Virus record (IMG/VR): IMGVR_UViG_2511231028_000004
Coordinates: 1-64,000 of that record
Direction: 5' to 3' (one strand)
Source of the DNA: a virus
Taxonomy: Duplodnaviria; Caudoviricetes
DNA length: 64,000 bases
Every line of letters starts with the position of its first letter. Position 1 is the stretch's first letter. The translations under genes and the position numbers were made by a program. The notes under the pieces are model-generated. The model did not search any database and was not told the origin of the DNA. It saw only the letters and a program-made list of their open reading frames with translations. This document shows, piece by piece, positions 46,486 to 55,787 of the stretch.

Positions 46486-47123
46486 CCTCACGGGAGCTCG
46501 AATACTGGTCGCCCGAACCCCTGTTCAAGGGCGAGACGATCTTCTGCCTGGCGTCGGGTCCGAGCCTGACCGCGGACATCTGCGCGCGCATCCGTGGGCG
46601 CAGGACGATCGCGATCAACTCCAGCGCCGTGTTGGCGCCATGGGCCAGCGTCCTCTTCTTCACCGATTCCAGCTGGTATGAGGCGCGGCGCGATCTGGTG
46701 GCGAACTGGTGCGGCCTCGTGATCTCGATGTCGCGCACCGCCAAGCGAGAATTGCCGGACAAGGTCAAGCGGGTGCAGGGCGAGGGCGACCCGCAGGCAC
46801 TGCCGGGCTTCAGCCGCGGCCCGCATGTGATCCAGCAGGGCCGGTCCAGCGGGCACACGGCGGTGAGCCTTGCGATCGCGCTCGGCGCTTCGCGGGTGGT
46901 TCTACTCGGCTACGACATGCGTTTCGTCGCCGGCCGCGAGCACTGCCATGACGAGTACAAGGGCTCAGCGCGCGATGCCGAGATCTACAGCCGCGAGTTT
47001 GTGCCGGGCTTCGCTGGCTGGGATGAGGCCGCGCGCGCGGTCGGCGTCGAGGTCGTCAACGCGACCGAGGGCAGCGCGGTGAAGGAATTCCGGTTCGCGC
47101 CACTGGACGATGTGCTGAGGTGA
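46482..47123 (+). CDS. DUF115/Maf-like (Cst-like fold) putative glycosyltransferase
   Basis: LASGPSL, IAINSS, FFTD, SSGHTAVSLAIALGASRVVLLGYD. Confidence 0.65.
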   Translation: MTSRELEYWSPEPLFKGETIFCLASGPSLTADICARIRGRRTIAINSSAVLAPWASVLFFTDSSWYEARRDLVANWCGLVISMSRTAKRELPDKVKRVQGEGDPQALPGFSRGPHVIQQGRSSGHTAVSLAIALGASRVVLLGYDMRFVAGREHCHDEYKGSARDAEIYSREFVPGFAGWDEAARAVGVEVVNATEGSAVKEFRFAPLDDVLR

Positions 47124-47133
47124 GATTGGTCGC

Positions 47134-48792
47134 ATGACCCAGCAGAATATCAATACAGGGCTGTTTCCGGAGCAACTTCGCCGTGTCGCCCAAGATAACT
47201 TCGTCGATCTCTATGCGCAGTTGAACTCGGTTTACGCTCTGAGCCTCCAACCCCGCAATCTTAACGCGGGAATGTCCTCAGATCAGCTTCGCGCCGCCGC
47301 GCAGGCAAATTTCAGCGAGATCTATGCTGCTTTGCAAGCGCGCGGCGTCAACGGATCGCAGCAGCATCTCAATGCGGGCCTCGCGGTCGATCGCCTGCGA
47401 TCTTTCGCGCAGCTCAACTTCACAGATCTGTATACGCTTCTTGCCGGAGCGAGCGCTGCGGTCAGAGTTGTTGCCGACACGACCAACAGCTTCTACGTCA
47501 TGGCCCGCAGTCTGCGCGGGACGGCCTTTGCCTATCACTTTATCAGGAATTCCGGCGGCAACACCGCAACGGATCTCGGCGGCTCATGGCCAAACTGGCG
47601 TTATGCCGGCTGTGCCGAATTCCTCAGTGTCTCGCTGGCGCCGACAGGAACGCCCTTGCGGACGTTTTCGAACGACACCGGCGCGCAGGACTACGCCTTC
47701 GTGCTTCCGACTTCGTCCGTCAAGTTTGCCGGCTCCTATCACGGTGTTGGTGCAGGAGGCTCCCTGACCGCCGAGACCCTTACGATCGACGGGCAGGCGT
47801 TCGACCCGACGTCGAGCGCCGCCGTAGGCAGCCAGGTCATCCTGACGCATAGCGTATCGATCACCGATGGTTCCAGTACAGTCACCGTGACCGGCTTCAC
47901 TGTGACGATCGATGCGAGCGGAATCGTATTCAATCCAGGCACGATTTCGTCCAGCGCGGTTCTGTCGACCGCGTTCGTTGGTATGGCCATCGCTACGGGC
48001 TCGTTTGATGAGGGCACGCTCACCCTGACCAGCGGCACCACGGAGTACAAGACGCCGATCTCGACAGGCACGACGACCTATGGCCGCACCTATATGCAGA
48101 AGGCCAATATGGTGAGCTTGCGCAAGACGTCGGATGGTCTGACTGTCCGCGTTTCCCATGGAGGAACGGCGCTTGCGGGTTATCGTCGGACTTCTGTGGT
48201 ACGCGACACCGTCCTCAACCGGGCGAAGCTCTATTTCGATTTCGGCAATTCCGGGGGTGCATTCGGGTCATTGTCCGGATTTACGTGGTCGCAGAGCTAC
48301 GAGCTCGGCGCCGCCGGTGCGACATCGTTCGCCGCCAACCTGATCACCAATGGCGCCTTTGCGGCGAACATCAACAACTGGACGACGACCTCTGGCAGCG
48401 TCGCATGGAACGCGGCGGGCGTGATGCGGCATTCGAGATCCGCAACGGGAACGGACGATCGGAGCTTGCAGGCGATCACGACGGTCGTGGGCGCGCCCTA
48501 CCTGCTCGCGGCAGAGAACACGTACACGCCGGTCGGGCCCGGTAATGCCGGGACCTACGTCAATCCCGGCTCTATTGCGCTCGGCAGTGCATCGAACGGC
48601 AGCCTGATCACGCCCGCGCCGGCCTATGCCAAGGTGGCGTTCGACCAGAACGGGTACAACGCTCATGTCGTTATCCCGACCCAGACGACACAGTACCCCA
48701 TGCTGATCCTGGAGGCACAGGGCGCAGCAAACACACTGGTTGGCGACACCTCGGACTTCGACAACGTGTCGATGTTCGCACTGGCGGCTTAG
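47134..48792 (+). CDS. Putative head/neck fibre with triple N-terminal anchor repeat and C-terminal carbohydrate-binding-like domain
   Basis: 3x NxNxG..LR..AQxNFxxLY; Ser/Thr/Gly-rich beta body; NLITNGAF. Confidence 0.55.
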   Translation: MTQQNINTGLFPEQLRRVAQDNFVDLYAQLNSVYALSLQPRNLNAGMSSDQLRAAAQANFSEIYAALQARGVNGSQQHLNAGLAVDRLRSFAQLNFTDLYTLLAGASAAVRVVADTTNSFYVMARSLRGTAFAYHFIRNSGGNTATDLGGSWPNWRYAGCAEFLSVSLAPTGTPLRTFSNDTGAQDYAFVLPTSSVKFAGSYHGVGAGGSLTAETLTIDGQAFDPTSSAAVGSQVILTHSVSITDGSSTVTVTGFTVTIDASGIVFNPGTISSSAVLSTAFVGMAIATGSFDEGTLTLTSGTTEYKTPISTGTTTYGRTYMQKANMVSLRKTSDGLTVRVSHGGTALAGYRRTSVVRDTVLNRAKLYFDFGNSGGAFGSLSGFTWSQSYELGAAGATSFAANLITNGAFAANINNWTTTSGSVAWNAAGVMRHSRSATGTDDRSLQAITTVVGAPYLLAAENTYTPVGPGNAGTYVNPGSIALGSASNGSLITPAPAYAKVAFDQNGYNAHVVIPTQTTQYPMLILEAQGAANTLVGDTSDFDNVSMFALAA

Positions 48793-48846
48793 GTCGCGCT
48801 GCTTGGCGGCTGTGATGTTGCAATGCCAAAAGGTTGAAATGTCGTC

Positions 48847-49491
48847 ATGAGATCGATCGTCATAGTCGCATCGCCTGCCTCGGATACGGCACTGACGACC
48901 CTGGAGCGCGTCAAGCTCGAACTCGACATTTCCTCCGGCGACACCAGCAACGACACGGTTCTCCAGGAGAAGATCGACGAGGCTTCGGACGACATCGAGG
49001 CGTCGCTCGGCTTTCGCCTGGTGCGGGAGAGCGCGGTCGAGACCTTCTGGCATGAGCAATATGACAACGCGCCGGAGAAGCTGGTCCTGGACCGGACGCC
49101 GGTGGCGTCGATCGCGAGCGTGATCGTCGATGGGGTCACGGTTGATCCGTCGGCCTATCGCTATGATCCCAACACGGGCGAGCTGTTCGCGCTCTGCAAT
49201 GGCTATCCGCATGTCTGGATCTTCTGCCAGAGCGTCGTCGTGACCTATGACGGGGGCTACATCCTGCCGGGCGCGAGCAACCGGACCTTGCCCAAGGGCA
49301 TCGAGGGCGCCTGCGTTGCGCTGGTGTCGAGCTTCTGGGCGGCGAAGGGGCGGGATCCGACGAAGAAGTCGGAGGATGTGCCCGGGGTCGGACGCGTCGA
49401 ATATTGGGTGGGAACTGTCGGCGAGGCCGGCGAGCTGCCGCCCGATATTGTTGCCAGGCTTGCGCCCTTTCGAAGGCCGGTGGTGGCATGA
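48847..49491 (+). CDS. Head-tail connector (gp6-like)
   Basis: LTTLERVKLEL, VTYDGGY, LP.GIEGAC. Confidence 0.8.
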   Translation: MRSIVIVASPASDTALTTLERVKLELDISSGDTSNDTVLQEKIDEASDDIEASLGFRLVRESAVETFWHEQYDNAPEKLVLDRTPVASIASVIVDGVTVDPSAYRYDPNTGELFALCNGYPHVWIFCQSVVVTYDGGYILPGASNRTLPKGIEGACVALVSSFWAAKGRDPTKKSEDVPGVGRVEYWVGTVGEAGELPPDIVARLAPFRRPVVA

Positions 49492-49862
49492 CCGCAGACC
49501 AGGCCATTGCGATGCTCGATCGCATGCTGTTGACGCAGGAGGGGGAAGACATCGTTCTTACGCGCGAGGACGACGACAACAACGTCATCGCATCTGTCAC
49601 ATGCCGTGCTCGCGTCGACCGCACCAAGGCAGACGACGCTCCCGCCGGCATTGCGCGGTCAGGATTTACTCTCATCCTGTCACCGACTCCGTTGCTCGCA
49701 GCCGGATGGCCGGATGGCGATCCGGCCAACATCGTCCCAGTCGAGAACGAGGGCGACAAGGTCGCGCTCGATAGTTCTGATCGCCGCCAAACCGTGGTGT
49801 GGGTCGATGCACCAAAAATCGGTAATAGGGTGGTTCGGATCAATCTGAGGATTTCGGGCTGA
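49488..49862 (+). CDS. Head-tail adaptor / head closure protein
   Basis: Position and size. Confidence 0.65.
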   Translation: MTADQAIAMLDRMLLTQEGEDIVLTREDDDNNVIASVTCRARVDRTKADDAPAGIARSGFTLILSPTPLLAAGWPDGDPANIVPVENEGDKVALDSSDRRQTVVWVDAPKIGNRVVRINLRISG

Positions 49863-50278
49863 TGGCGCTGACGGACCCAGCTGCGGATCTTCGCGCTGCG
49901 ATCGAGGCAAAGCTGTTGGCGACGCCGGCGCTGTTCGCGTTGATCGAGAAACGCATCTTCGATCGCGTTCCGGCAAAACCGGATTATCCGCTGGTGACCA
50001 TCGGCAACATCCAGGTCTTGCCGGAGTCTGCCGACGGCGTCGATGCGGCAGAGTCCATCGTCACGGTGCACGTCTGGGATCAGTACAAGCGCGCCGACAA
50101 GGCTAAGCCGGTTGGCGCGCTCGTCATCAGCGCGTTGCATGAGGAAGAGTTGCAGACCGACGGCGTCGGCACACAGTCAATACTGCTCGAAAGCGCGAAC
50201 TATCTGCGCGACCCCGACGGCGTCACCAACCACGGCATCCTCACCTTCAGCATCCTCACGGATGCGAACACCGATTGA
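49862..50278 (+). CDS. Tail completion protein (DUF3168)
   Basis: RIFDRVP..YPLVTIG, HVWD, DPDGVTNHG. Confidence 0.88.
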   Translation: MALTDPAADLRAAIEAKLLATPALFALIEKRIFDRVPAKPDYPLVTIGNIQVLPESADGVDAAESIVTVHVWDQYKRADKAKPVGALVISALHEEELQTDGVGTQSILLESANYLRDPDGVTNHGILTFSILTDANTD

Positions 50279-50319
50279 TTTAGTTTCCGCGTCTCAACCT
50301 CAGCAGGAGCTCAAGAGCC

Positions 50320-50820
50320 ATGACTTCGCTCTCCACCAACGTGCGCGCGTCGATTTCCGCAGTGAACAAGAAGAGCCTCGACGGACGCGACGTCGTCGAC
50401 AAGATGCCGGAGTCTGCCGACGTGCTGATCGCGAGCGGGACCGGCTACGGCAAGGCCGACATTGCGTTCATGGACATCCGTACGCTCGCATCGAACACCA
50501 GCGAAAACCTCGATCTCGCCGGCAGCCTGACCGACGCCTTCGGCGCCACTATCACCTTTGCCAAGCTCAAGGCGATCGAGATCGAGAACCCGGAAGCCTC
50601 GACCACAAACCTGACGGTCGGTGCGGCGGGCTCGAACACGTTCGTCGGCCCGTTCGCCGACGCGACCGACGCGATCATCCTGAAGCCTGGCGACAAGTTC
50701 GTCGCCGTTAGCCGGACCGGATGGACGGTCACCGCAAGCACCGGCGACATCTTGAAGGTGGCCAACGCTTCGGGCGCGGCTGTCAGCTACACCGTCAAGC
50801 TGATCGGCGCATCAGCCTAG
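50320..50820 (+). CDS. Hypothetical beta-rich structural protein
   Basis: RBS AGGAG; all-beta pattern. Confidence 0.65.
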   Translation: MTSLSTNVRASISAVNKKSLDGRDVVDKMPESADVLIASGTGYGKADIAFMDIRTLASNTSENLDLAGSLTDAFGATITFAKLKAIEIENPEASTTNLTVGAAGSNTFVGPFADATDAIILKPGDKFVAVSRTGWTVTASTGDILKVANASGAAVSYTVKLIGASA

Positions 50821-50854
50821 CCCGCCAGCGACTTTCGGACAGGGGATCTTCGCT

Positions 50855-51340
50855 GTGGGCAACAATCCCAGTGTCAAGCAGTTCAAGACGGACATGCTGT
50901 CACTGAAAAACCAGGTGGCGAAGAAGTTTCGCAACCAGTTCCTCGCGCAGGCCGCAGAGCTGCGCGAGAACATTCAGGTAGCGATCCAGCACAATATCAC
51001 TGGGCATCTGCACGATTCGGTGCGCGTTAAAGACGTGTCCACCGATACCAAGCCGTCCGTCCTGGTCCTCGCCGGCGGCCCGTTGACGACAAAGCGCACC
51101 GATGCAGGCGCATTTGACTATGCGCTCGCCGAGGAATTCGGGACGGTCAAGGAAGAAGCACTTCCATTCTTCTATCCGACCGTTCGCGGTTACAAGAACG
51201 CCTTCCGCGAGGGCGCTCGCGAGACTTTCCAAGAGACGATCGAAGAGAGCAACAAGATCCGCGCTGCGAGAGCCAGCAATAGCGGTGCTGCCGGTCAGAC
51301 GGCGGCCTATCGCGGCGCCCTGACGCTGCGGCGTTCGTAA
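50855..51340 (+). CDS. HK97 gp10-like tail component
   Basis: TGHLHDSV, YALAEEFGT, PFFYPT. Confidence 0.85.
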   Translation: MGNNPSVKQFKTDMLSLKNQVAKKFRNQFLAQAAELRENIQVAIQHNITGHLHDSVRVKDVSTDTKPSVLVLAGGPLTTKRTDAGAFDYALAEEFGTVKEEALPFFYPTVRGYKNAFREGARETFQETIEESNKIRAARASNSGAAGQTAAYRGALTLRRS

Positions 51341-51369
51341 AGAAGTCAACTCGAAAGGAGATCGCCGCC

Positions 51370-51786
51370 ATGGCGCAAGCCCAGACGCTGAAATATTCGA
51401 CGTTTCTGATCCAGCTCGGCAGCGGTTCGCCGACTGTCTACGCTTCGCCTTGCGGCCTCAACTCAAAGGGCTTCTCGCGTACGGCTGCAACCAACGACAC
51501 CAACGTGCCGGATTGCGATGATCCGGATGCGCCGTCCTGGCTCGAGCGCGACGTCGTTTCGCTGTCGGGACAGATGACCGGGGCCGGCGTGGTAGCGGAC
51601 GAAGATTTCGACGTCTGGAACGACTGGTTCGAATCCGGCGCATCCCTGCCTGTACAGATCAAGCTCGGCACGCGGACATGGCAAGGAAATGCGATCCTGT
51701 CCAAGCTCGATGTCACCGCCAGCCGTGGCCAGCGCGTCAATTTTTCTGCAACGATCGACAGTGACGGCGAGATCCTCAAGCTGTGA
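51370..51786 (+). CDS. Major tail (tube) protein
   Basis: PCGLNSKG, PDCDDPDAPSW, SDGE. Confidence 0.88.
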   Translation: MAQAQTLKYSTFLIQLGSGSPTVYASPCGLNSKGFSRTAATNDTNVPDCDDPDAPSWLERDVVSLSGQMTGAGVVADEDFDVWNDWFESGASLPVQIKLGTRTWQGNAILSKLDVTASRGQRVNFSATIDSDGEILKL

Positions 51787-52181
51787 GCGAGATCGATCTG
51801 ATCTGGGGAAGCGGTCAGCACGCATTCAAGTTCGGGCTGGGGCAGTTCCGCGCGCTCCAGGAGAACGTCAACCGGCGGCGCCTGGCGATCGGGGCGCCGC
51901 TGGTAGGTCCGATGGACCTGGTCGAGCAGCTCAGGGCCAAGAACCTCTGGCCGGACGATTTGCGCGATATCCTGCGCCTCGGCCTGATCGGCGGCGGTAT
52001 GACGCCGCGCGATGCGCACATCGAGATGACGCAGAGTTTCGATGACACGCCGCCGCTCGAGCACGTGAAGCCTGCGCTGTCGGTCCTGCTCGCCGGACTG
52101 GTCGGGCCGCCGTCCGCGGCGGTGCCTGACGACGCAAAAAAAAAGACGATGACGAAGGCGGCCCCGTCGATTTTGCCGTGA
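51783..52181 (+). CDS. Tail assembly chaperone (G)
   Basis: LRLGLIGGGM (GTA-type TAC); slippery A9 near 3' end. Confidence 0.85.
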   Translation: MSEIDLIWGSGQHAFKFGLGQFRALQENVNRRRLAIGAPLVGPMDLVEQLRAKNLWPDDLRDILRLGLIGGGMTPRDAHIEMTQSFDDTPPLEHVKPALSVLLAGLVGPPSAAVPDDAKKKTMTKAAPSILP

Positions 52182-52363
52182 TCTACGGCAACGGCGCGGC
52201 GATGGGCTTTGCGCCCGACCAGGTCGACCGCATGTCGTTCTGGCAGTTCCGCGCCTGCATCGATGGTTTCAACAAGGCCAACGGCGGCGAGGAAACCATT
52301 CCGCCACCGACCGATGCCGAATTTGACGCGCTCCTGCAAGGGAAGCCCCTGAATGTCGACTGA
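52136..52363 (+). CDS. Tail assembly chaperone -1 frameshift extension (T)
   Basis: GC-AAAAAAAAA-G at 52134-52145; -1 frame reads KKKDDDEGGPVDFAVIYGNG..MSFWQFRACIDGF. Confidence 0.8.
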   Translation, partial: KKKDDDEGGPVDFAVIYGNGAAMGFAPDQVDRMSFWQFRACIDGFNKANGGEETIPPPTDAEFDALLQGKPLNVD

Positions 52364-54323
52364 TCTCGTCGCCGTGCTCGGCGCTCGTCTCGACCAGTTC
52401 TCATCTGATCTCGATCAGGCGGGCAACATGGCCGATGACGCGATCTCGCGCATCGAGTCCGCATTCGACGGGCTCAATCCGGGCTTTGCCGGACTGTCAG
52501 GCCTCGGCGCCGTGATCGGCGGCGCGACTGCGGCCGCCGGCGCCTTGCTGGCGGCGATGACCAGCATCAATTCCGAGGTCGCCAGCATCGGCAAGAACGC
52601 CGAATTCGTCGGTCAGAGCGTGGCGGATTTCCAGCGCACGTTGTTCGCGGCCGGGCAGGGCGGCGTCTCCAGCGAACAGGCGACCAAGGACCTGCGCGGT
52701 CTCGCAACGCTGCTGGCCGATGCCAAGGAAAACGAGAACTCGCTGACCAAGCTGCTCGACGCCAACAACGTCAAATACAAGGACCGTACCGGGCAGGTCA
52801 TCAACACCAGTCAGGCGCTGAAGGTCGCGGAGGATCTGATCGGCCGCTTCCAGTCATTGCCGGAAAAAACCAAGGCAGCCGAGATGCTCGGCCTGTCCGA
52901 GGGTTGGGTACGTGCGCTGACCGAAGCCGCGGGCGGCTTTCAGGCGGTCGCGGCTCGCGCCGACGCCGCCGGCGTCGTGATTGACGCGGCCACGGTCGCC
53001 AAGGCCGAGCTGTTCGAGCGCGCATGGCAGCAGTCGACCGACGCATGGGGGAAGCAGTTCAAGTCGGTCGCCGGGGATGTTGCCGTCTATCTCGGCGGCC
53101 TGATCGACCAGGCCGGCGAGTTTCTTCAAAAGTCATTAGCGGCGAATGGAATCAAGCCCGGCGACAATAACGAAAAGTTCAACGCGACGATGGACGCGCT
53201 CGACATCGCCCGCAAGGATGCGCTGGGTCTGGCGCAGGATGTCGACCAGCTCACGCGCGTCATCGATCGCATGGCCCGGACTGGCGGCGATCCCGACATC
53301 ATCGCGGGGCTCGAAGCAGCGCGCTTCAAGGCGCAGGTTTTCCGCATGGAATTGGAGAAAGCGCAGGCCGCGGCGGCCAAGGCCGAGTTTCCGGACGGCG
53401 TGCCGCTCCCGGCGGCAAGGCCTGCCTCGGCCAATGATCCTGATCCGAATGCAGCCAGGCTGCCGGTCCGCAAGAAGGGCAGCGACAAGCGCGATCAGTT
53501 CGATATCGCGGTTGACGACATCACCAAGCGCACCGCGACCATCAAGGCCGACACGGCTGCGATGTTCCAGAACAACGTGGCGCAGGCGCAGATGCGCGCC
53601 GAGTTCCGCGAGCTGACCGCGATCATGCGCGACAATGGCGAGGTGACGCAGGAGCGGATCGACAAATACGAGGATCTTCGCAAGACGATGTCAGCACAGC
53701 AGGCGCTCGAAGCGGCCGGCATCACGCTGACCGCCGATCACGCGCAGAAATTTCTCAGTTCGTCGCAGGCAATCGCCTCGGCAACAGCGTCTTATGACGC
53801 GGCCAAAAAATCGCTGACCGAGATCAACGGCGCCAGCGCGCAGCTCGGCGGCGCTCTCTCGACCGCATTCTCGGACGCGATTTTCGAAGCCAAAAGCCTC
53901 GACCAGGTCGTATCCAACCTCGCCAAGACGATCGGCAAAGCCGGCATCAACTCGCTTGCTGCCTCGTTCTTCAATGCGCCGGCCTCCGGCGGCCTGTCGC
54001 CGTTTGCCTCGATCTTCAAAAGCTTCATTCCGGGCTTCGCCGGCGGCACGGATTCAGCGCCAGGCGGGCTGGCGTGGGTCGGTGAAAGCGGCAGGGAATT
54101 GGTCAACCTGCCGCGCGGCTCTCAGGTTATCCCGAACGACGTCGCTCGCCAGATGACCGGCGGTTCGACCATCCAGAACGTGTTCCATGTCGCTGGCGAC
54201 GTCACGCCGGGAACGGTCGACCGGCTGCACGCCATGGTGATCGCCGCCAACCAGAAGGCGGACCGGGTGACGCGGATCGTCTCCTCGGCGCAGAGCTACA
54301 ACGCGACTGGGGTAGGCCGGTGA
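52353..54323 (+). CDS. Tape measure protein
   Basis: Ala-rich helical 656 aa; PGFAGGT..GESGRELV..PRGSQVIPN C-terminus. Confidence 0.9.
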   Translation: MSTDLVAVLGARLDQFSSDLDQAGNMADDAISRIESAFDGLNPGFAGLSGLGAVIGGATAAAGALLAAMTSINSEVASIGKNAEFVGQSVADFQRTLFAAGQGGVSSEQATKDLRGLATLLADAKENENSLTKLLDANNVKYKDRTGQVINTSQALKVAEDLIGRFQSLPEKTKAAEMLGLSEGWVRALTEAAGGFQAVAARADAAGVVIDAATVAKAELFERAWQQSTDAWGKQFKSVAGDVAVYLGGLIDQAGEFLQKSLAANGIKPGDNNEKFNATMDALDIARKDALGLAQDVDQLTRVIDRMARTGGDPDIIAGLEAARFKAQVFRMELEKAQAAAAKAEFPDGVPLPAARPASANDPDPNAARLPVRKKGSDKRDQFDIAVDDITKRTATIKADTAAMFQNNVAQAQMRAEFRELTAIMRDNGEVTQERIDKYEDLRKTMSAQQALEAAGITLTADHAQKFLSSSQAIASATASYDAAKKSLTEINGASAQLGGALSTAFSDAIFEAKSLDQVVSNLAKTIGKAGINSLAASFFNAPASGGLSPFASIFKSFIPGFAGGTDSAPGGLAWVGESGRELVNLPRGSQVIPNDVARQMTGGSTIQNVFHVAGDVTPGTVDRLHAMVIAANQKADRVTRIVSSAQSYNATGVGR

Positions 54324-54436
54324 TCGACTATGCGCTCGCGCATCCTCAACTGATGGCTTTGGCGGTCGCCGCTTGGGCTCTCGCGCGTCTCCTGCGCTGG
54401 ATGCTGACGCCGGCACCGCGTGACTGGCTGGACTGA
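54320..54436 (+). CDS. 38-aa single-TM peptide (not in ORF track)
   Basis: GTG start overlapping TMP stop; MIDYALAHPQLMALAVAAWALARLLRWMLTPAPRDWLD*; TGATG overlap with next gene. Confidence 0.5.
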   Translation: MIDYALAHPQLMALAVAAWALARLLRWMLTPAPRDWLD

Positions 54437-55182
54437 TGACCTTCGCCCCCGAATTCCCCCGCGCGCTGCTGCGCGAAAAGTCCCATGCGTGGAACCTCGC
54501 CGGCAACGCCGTGTCGGGTGGCCAGACCTCCGTCGGTCAATCCTATGCGACCTCGGACGGTGGCGGCTTCTGGACCTGCAAGATGTCGGACGTCTCGCTC
54601 TCAGGCGGCCGCAAGGGCATCGACAGGGGCCGCGACCGCCAGAAGGTGTCCACGCAGCTCTGGCGGGCCGTGCAGATGCTCGCCGACGGCGGGGCGGGGC
54701 AGCTGGTGGTGCCGCGCAATGACGCGCTGGTGCGGCCCTGGCCGCCGGGGTTCGCGGCAAGCTTCGGTGACGGCGTCCCGCATGACGACGACAGCCTGCT
54801 CGATGACGGCTCGGACTATTACCAGCAGGTGATCGACATCGTTGCCGCGGCCGCGGACCTGCGCGCCACCTCGCTCGACATCTCGATCGCGCTCGCCGGC
54901 GAGCTGCTCGGCGGCGAGGAGTTCTCGATCCGGCATCCGACCAAGGGCCCGCGGCTCTACCGCATTCGGACCGTCGAGATGATCTCGGTCGATGAGGCCA
55001 CCATCACCATCCGCCCGCCGCTGCGCGAGGCGATCGAGGACGACACGCCGCTGGAATTCGACCGGCCGGTCTGCCTGATGCGGCTGGTCTCGCCGTCGTC
55101 GATGGACCTGACCGAGCAGCCTTGGACCTTCAACTCGGCGAGCGTCGATTTCGTTGAGGATCTGCGGGACGTCGTGACGTGA
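54436..55182 (+). CDS. Distal tail-like protein
   Basis: Position after TMP; PPLREA..LEFDRPVCLMRL. Confidence 0.7.
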   Translation: MTFAPEFPRALLREKSHAWNLAGNAVSGGQTSVGQSYATSDGGGFWTCKMSDVSLSGGRKGIDRGRDRQKVSTQLWRAVQMLADGGAGQLVVPRNDALVRPWPPGFAASFGDGVPHDDDSLLDDGSDYYQQVIDIVAAAADLRATSLDISIALAGELLGGEEFSIRHPTKGPRLYRIRTVEMISVDEATITIRPPLREAIEDDTPLEFDRPVCLMRLVSPSSMDLTEQPWTFNSASVDFVEDLRDVVT

Positions 55183-55787
55183 CCTTCAACGAAGCGGAGC
55201 TCGCCGCGCTCGACAGCGGCGTCGCGCGGTTCGGCGACCTGTTCCGGCTGGAGGTCGACCCGGTGGCGCGGCTCTGGCTCGGCGCCGGCGATCTCGACGT
55301 CGGCACCAACGTCTATGACACCGCCGGCGGCATCTACAAGGGCCTCGGTCAGATCGGCCCCATCCCGGAATTCGACGCCATGATCAACGGCGCCGCCAGC
55401 CGGATCGAGGTGGTTTTGAGCGGCGTGTCCGGACAGATCGCCGAAGTCGCGCAGGGCGACGATACCGACCAGATCAAGAACAAGCGCGCCGCCTTCGGCT
55501 TCGTGCTGTTCGGCGACGATTTGCAGCCGCTCGGCTCTGCGCATTGGTATGCGCATTACCGCGCCGACGTGCTGTCCTCCGGCAGCGAGCCGGTGCTCGA
55601 GCCGACCGGCGTGCCGGTGCGCTGGATCAAGCTGTCCTGTGGCTCTCAGCTGACACGGCGGCGCAGGCCGGCGCGCAGCTACTTTTCGGACAAGGACCAG
55701 CAGGCCCGTTTCCCCGGCGATCTCTTCTGCTCGCTGACGCCGCGTTACGTGACCGGATTCAACAAGCCATGGCCGGTGCTGGTGTGA
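55179..55787 (+). CDS. Minor tail / tail-tip protein
   Basis: RLWLG.GD, INGAASRI, DQQARFPGDLFC. Confidence 0.7.
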   Translation: MTFNEAELAALDSGVARFGDLFRLEVDPVARLWLGAGDLDVGTNVYDTAGGIYKGLGQIGPIPEFDAMINGAASRIEVVLSGVSGQIAEVAQGDDTDQIKNKRAAFGFVLFGDDLQPLGSAHWYAHYRADVLSSGSEPVLEPTGVPVRWIKLSCGSQLTRRRRPARSYFSDKDQQARFPGDLFCSLTPRYVTGFNKPWPVLV

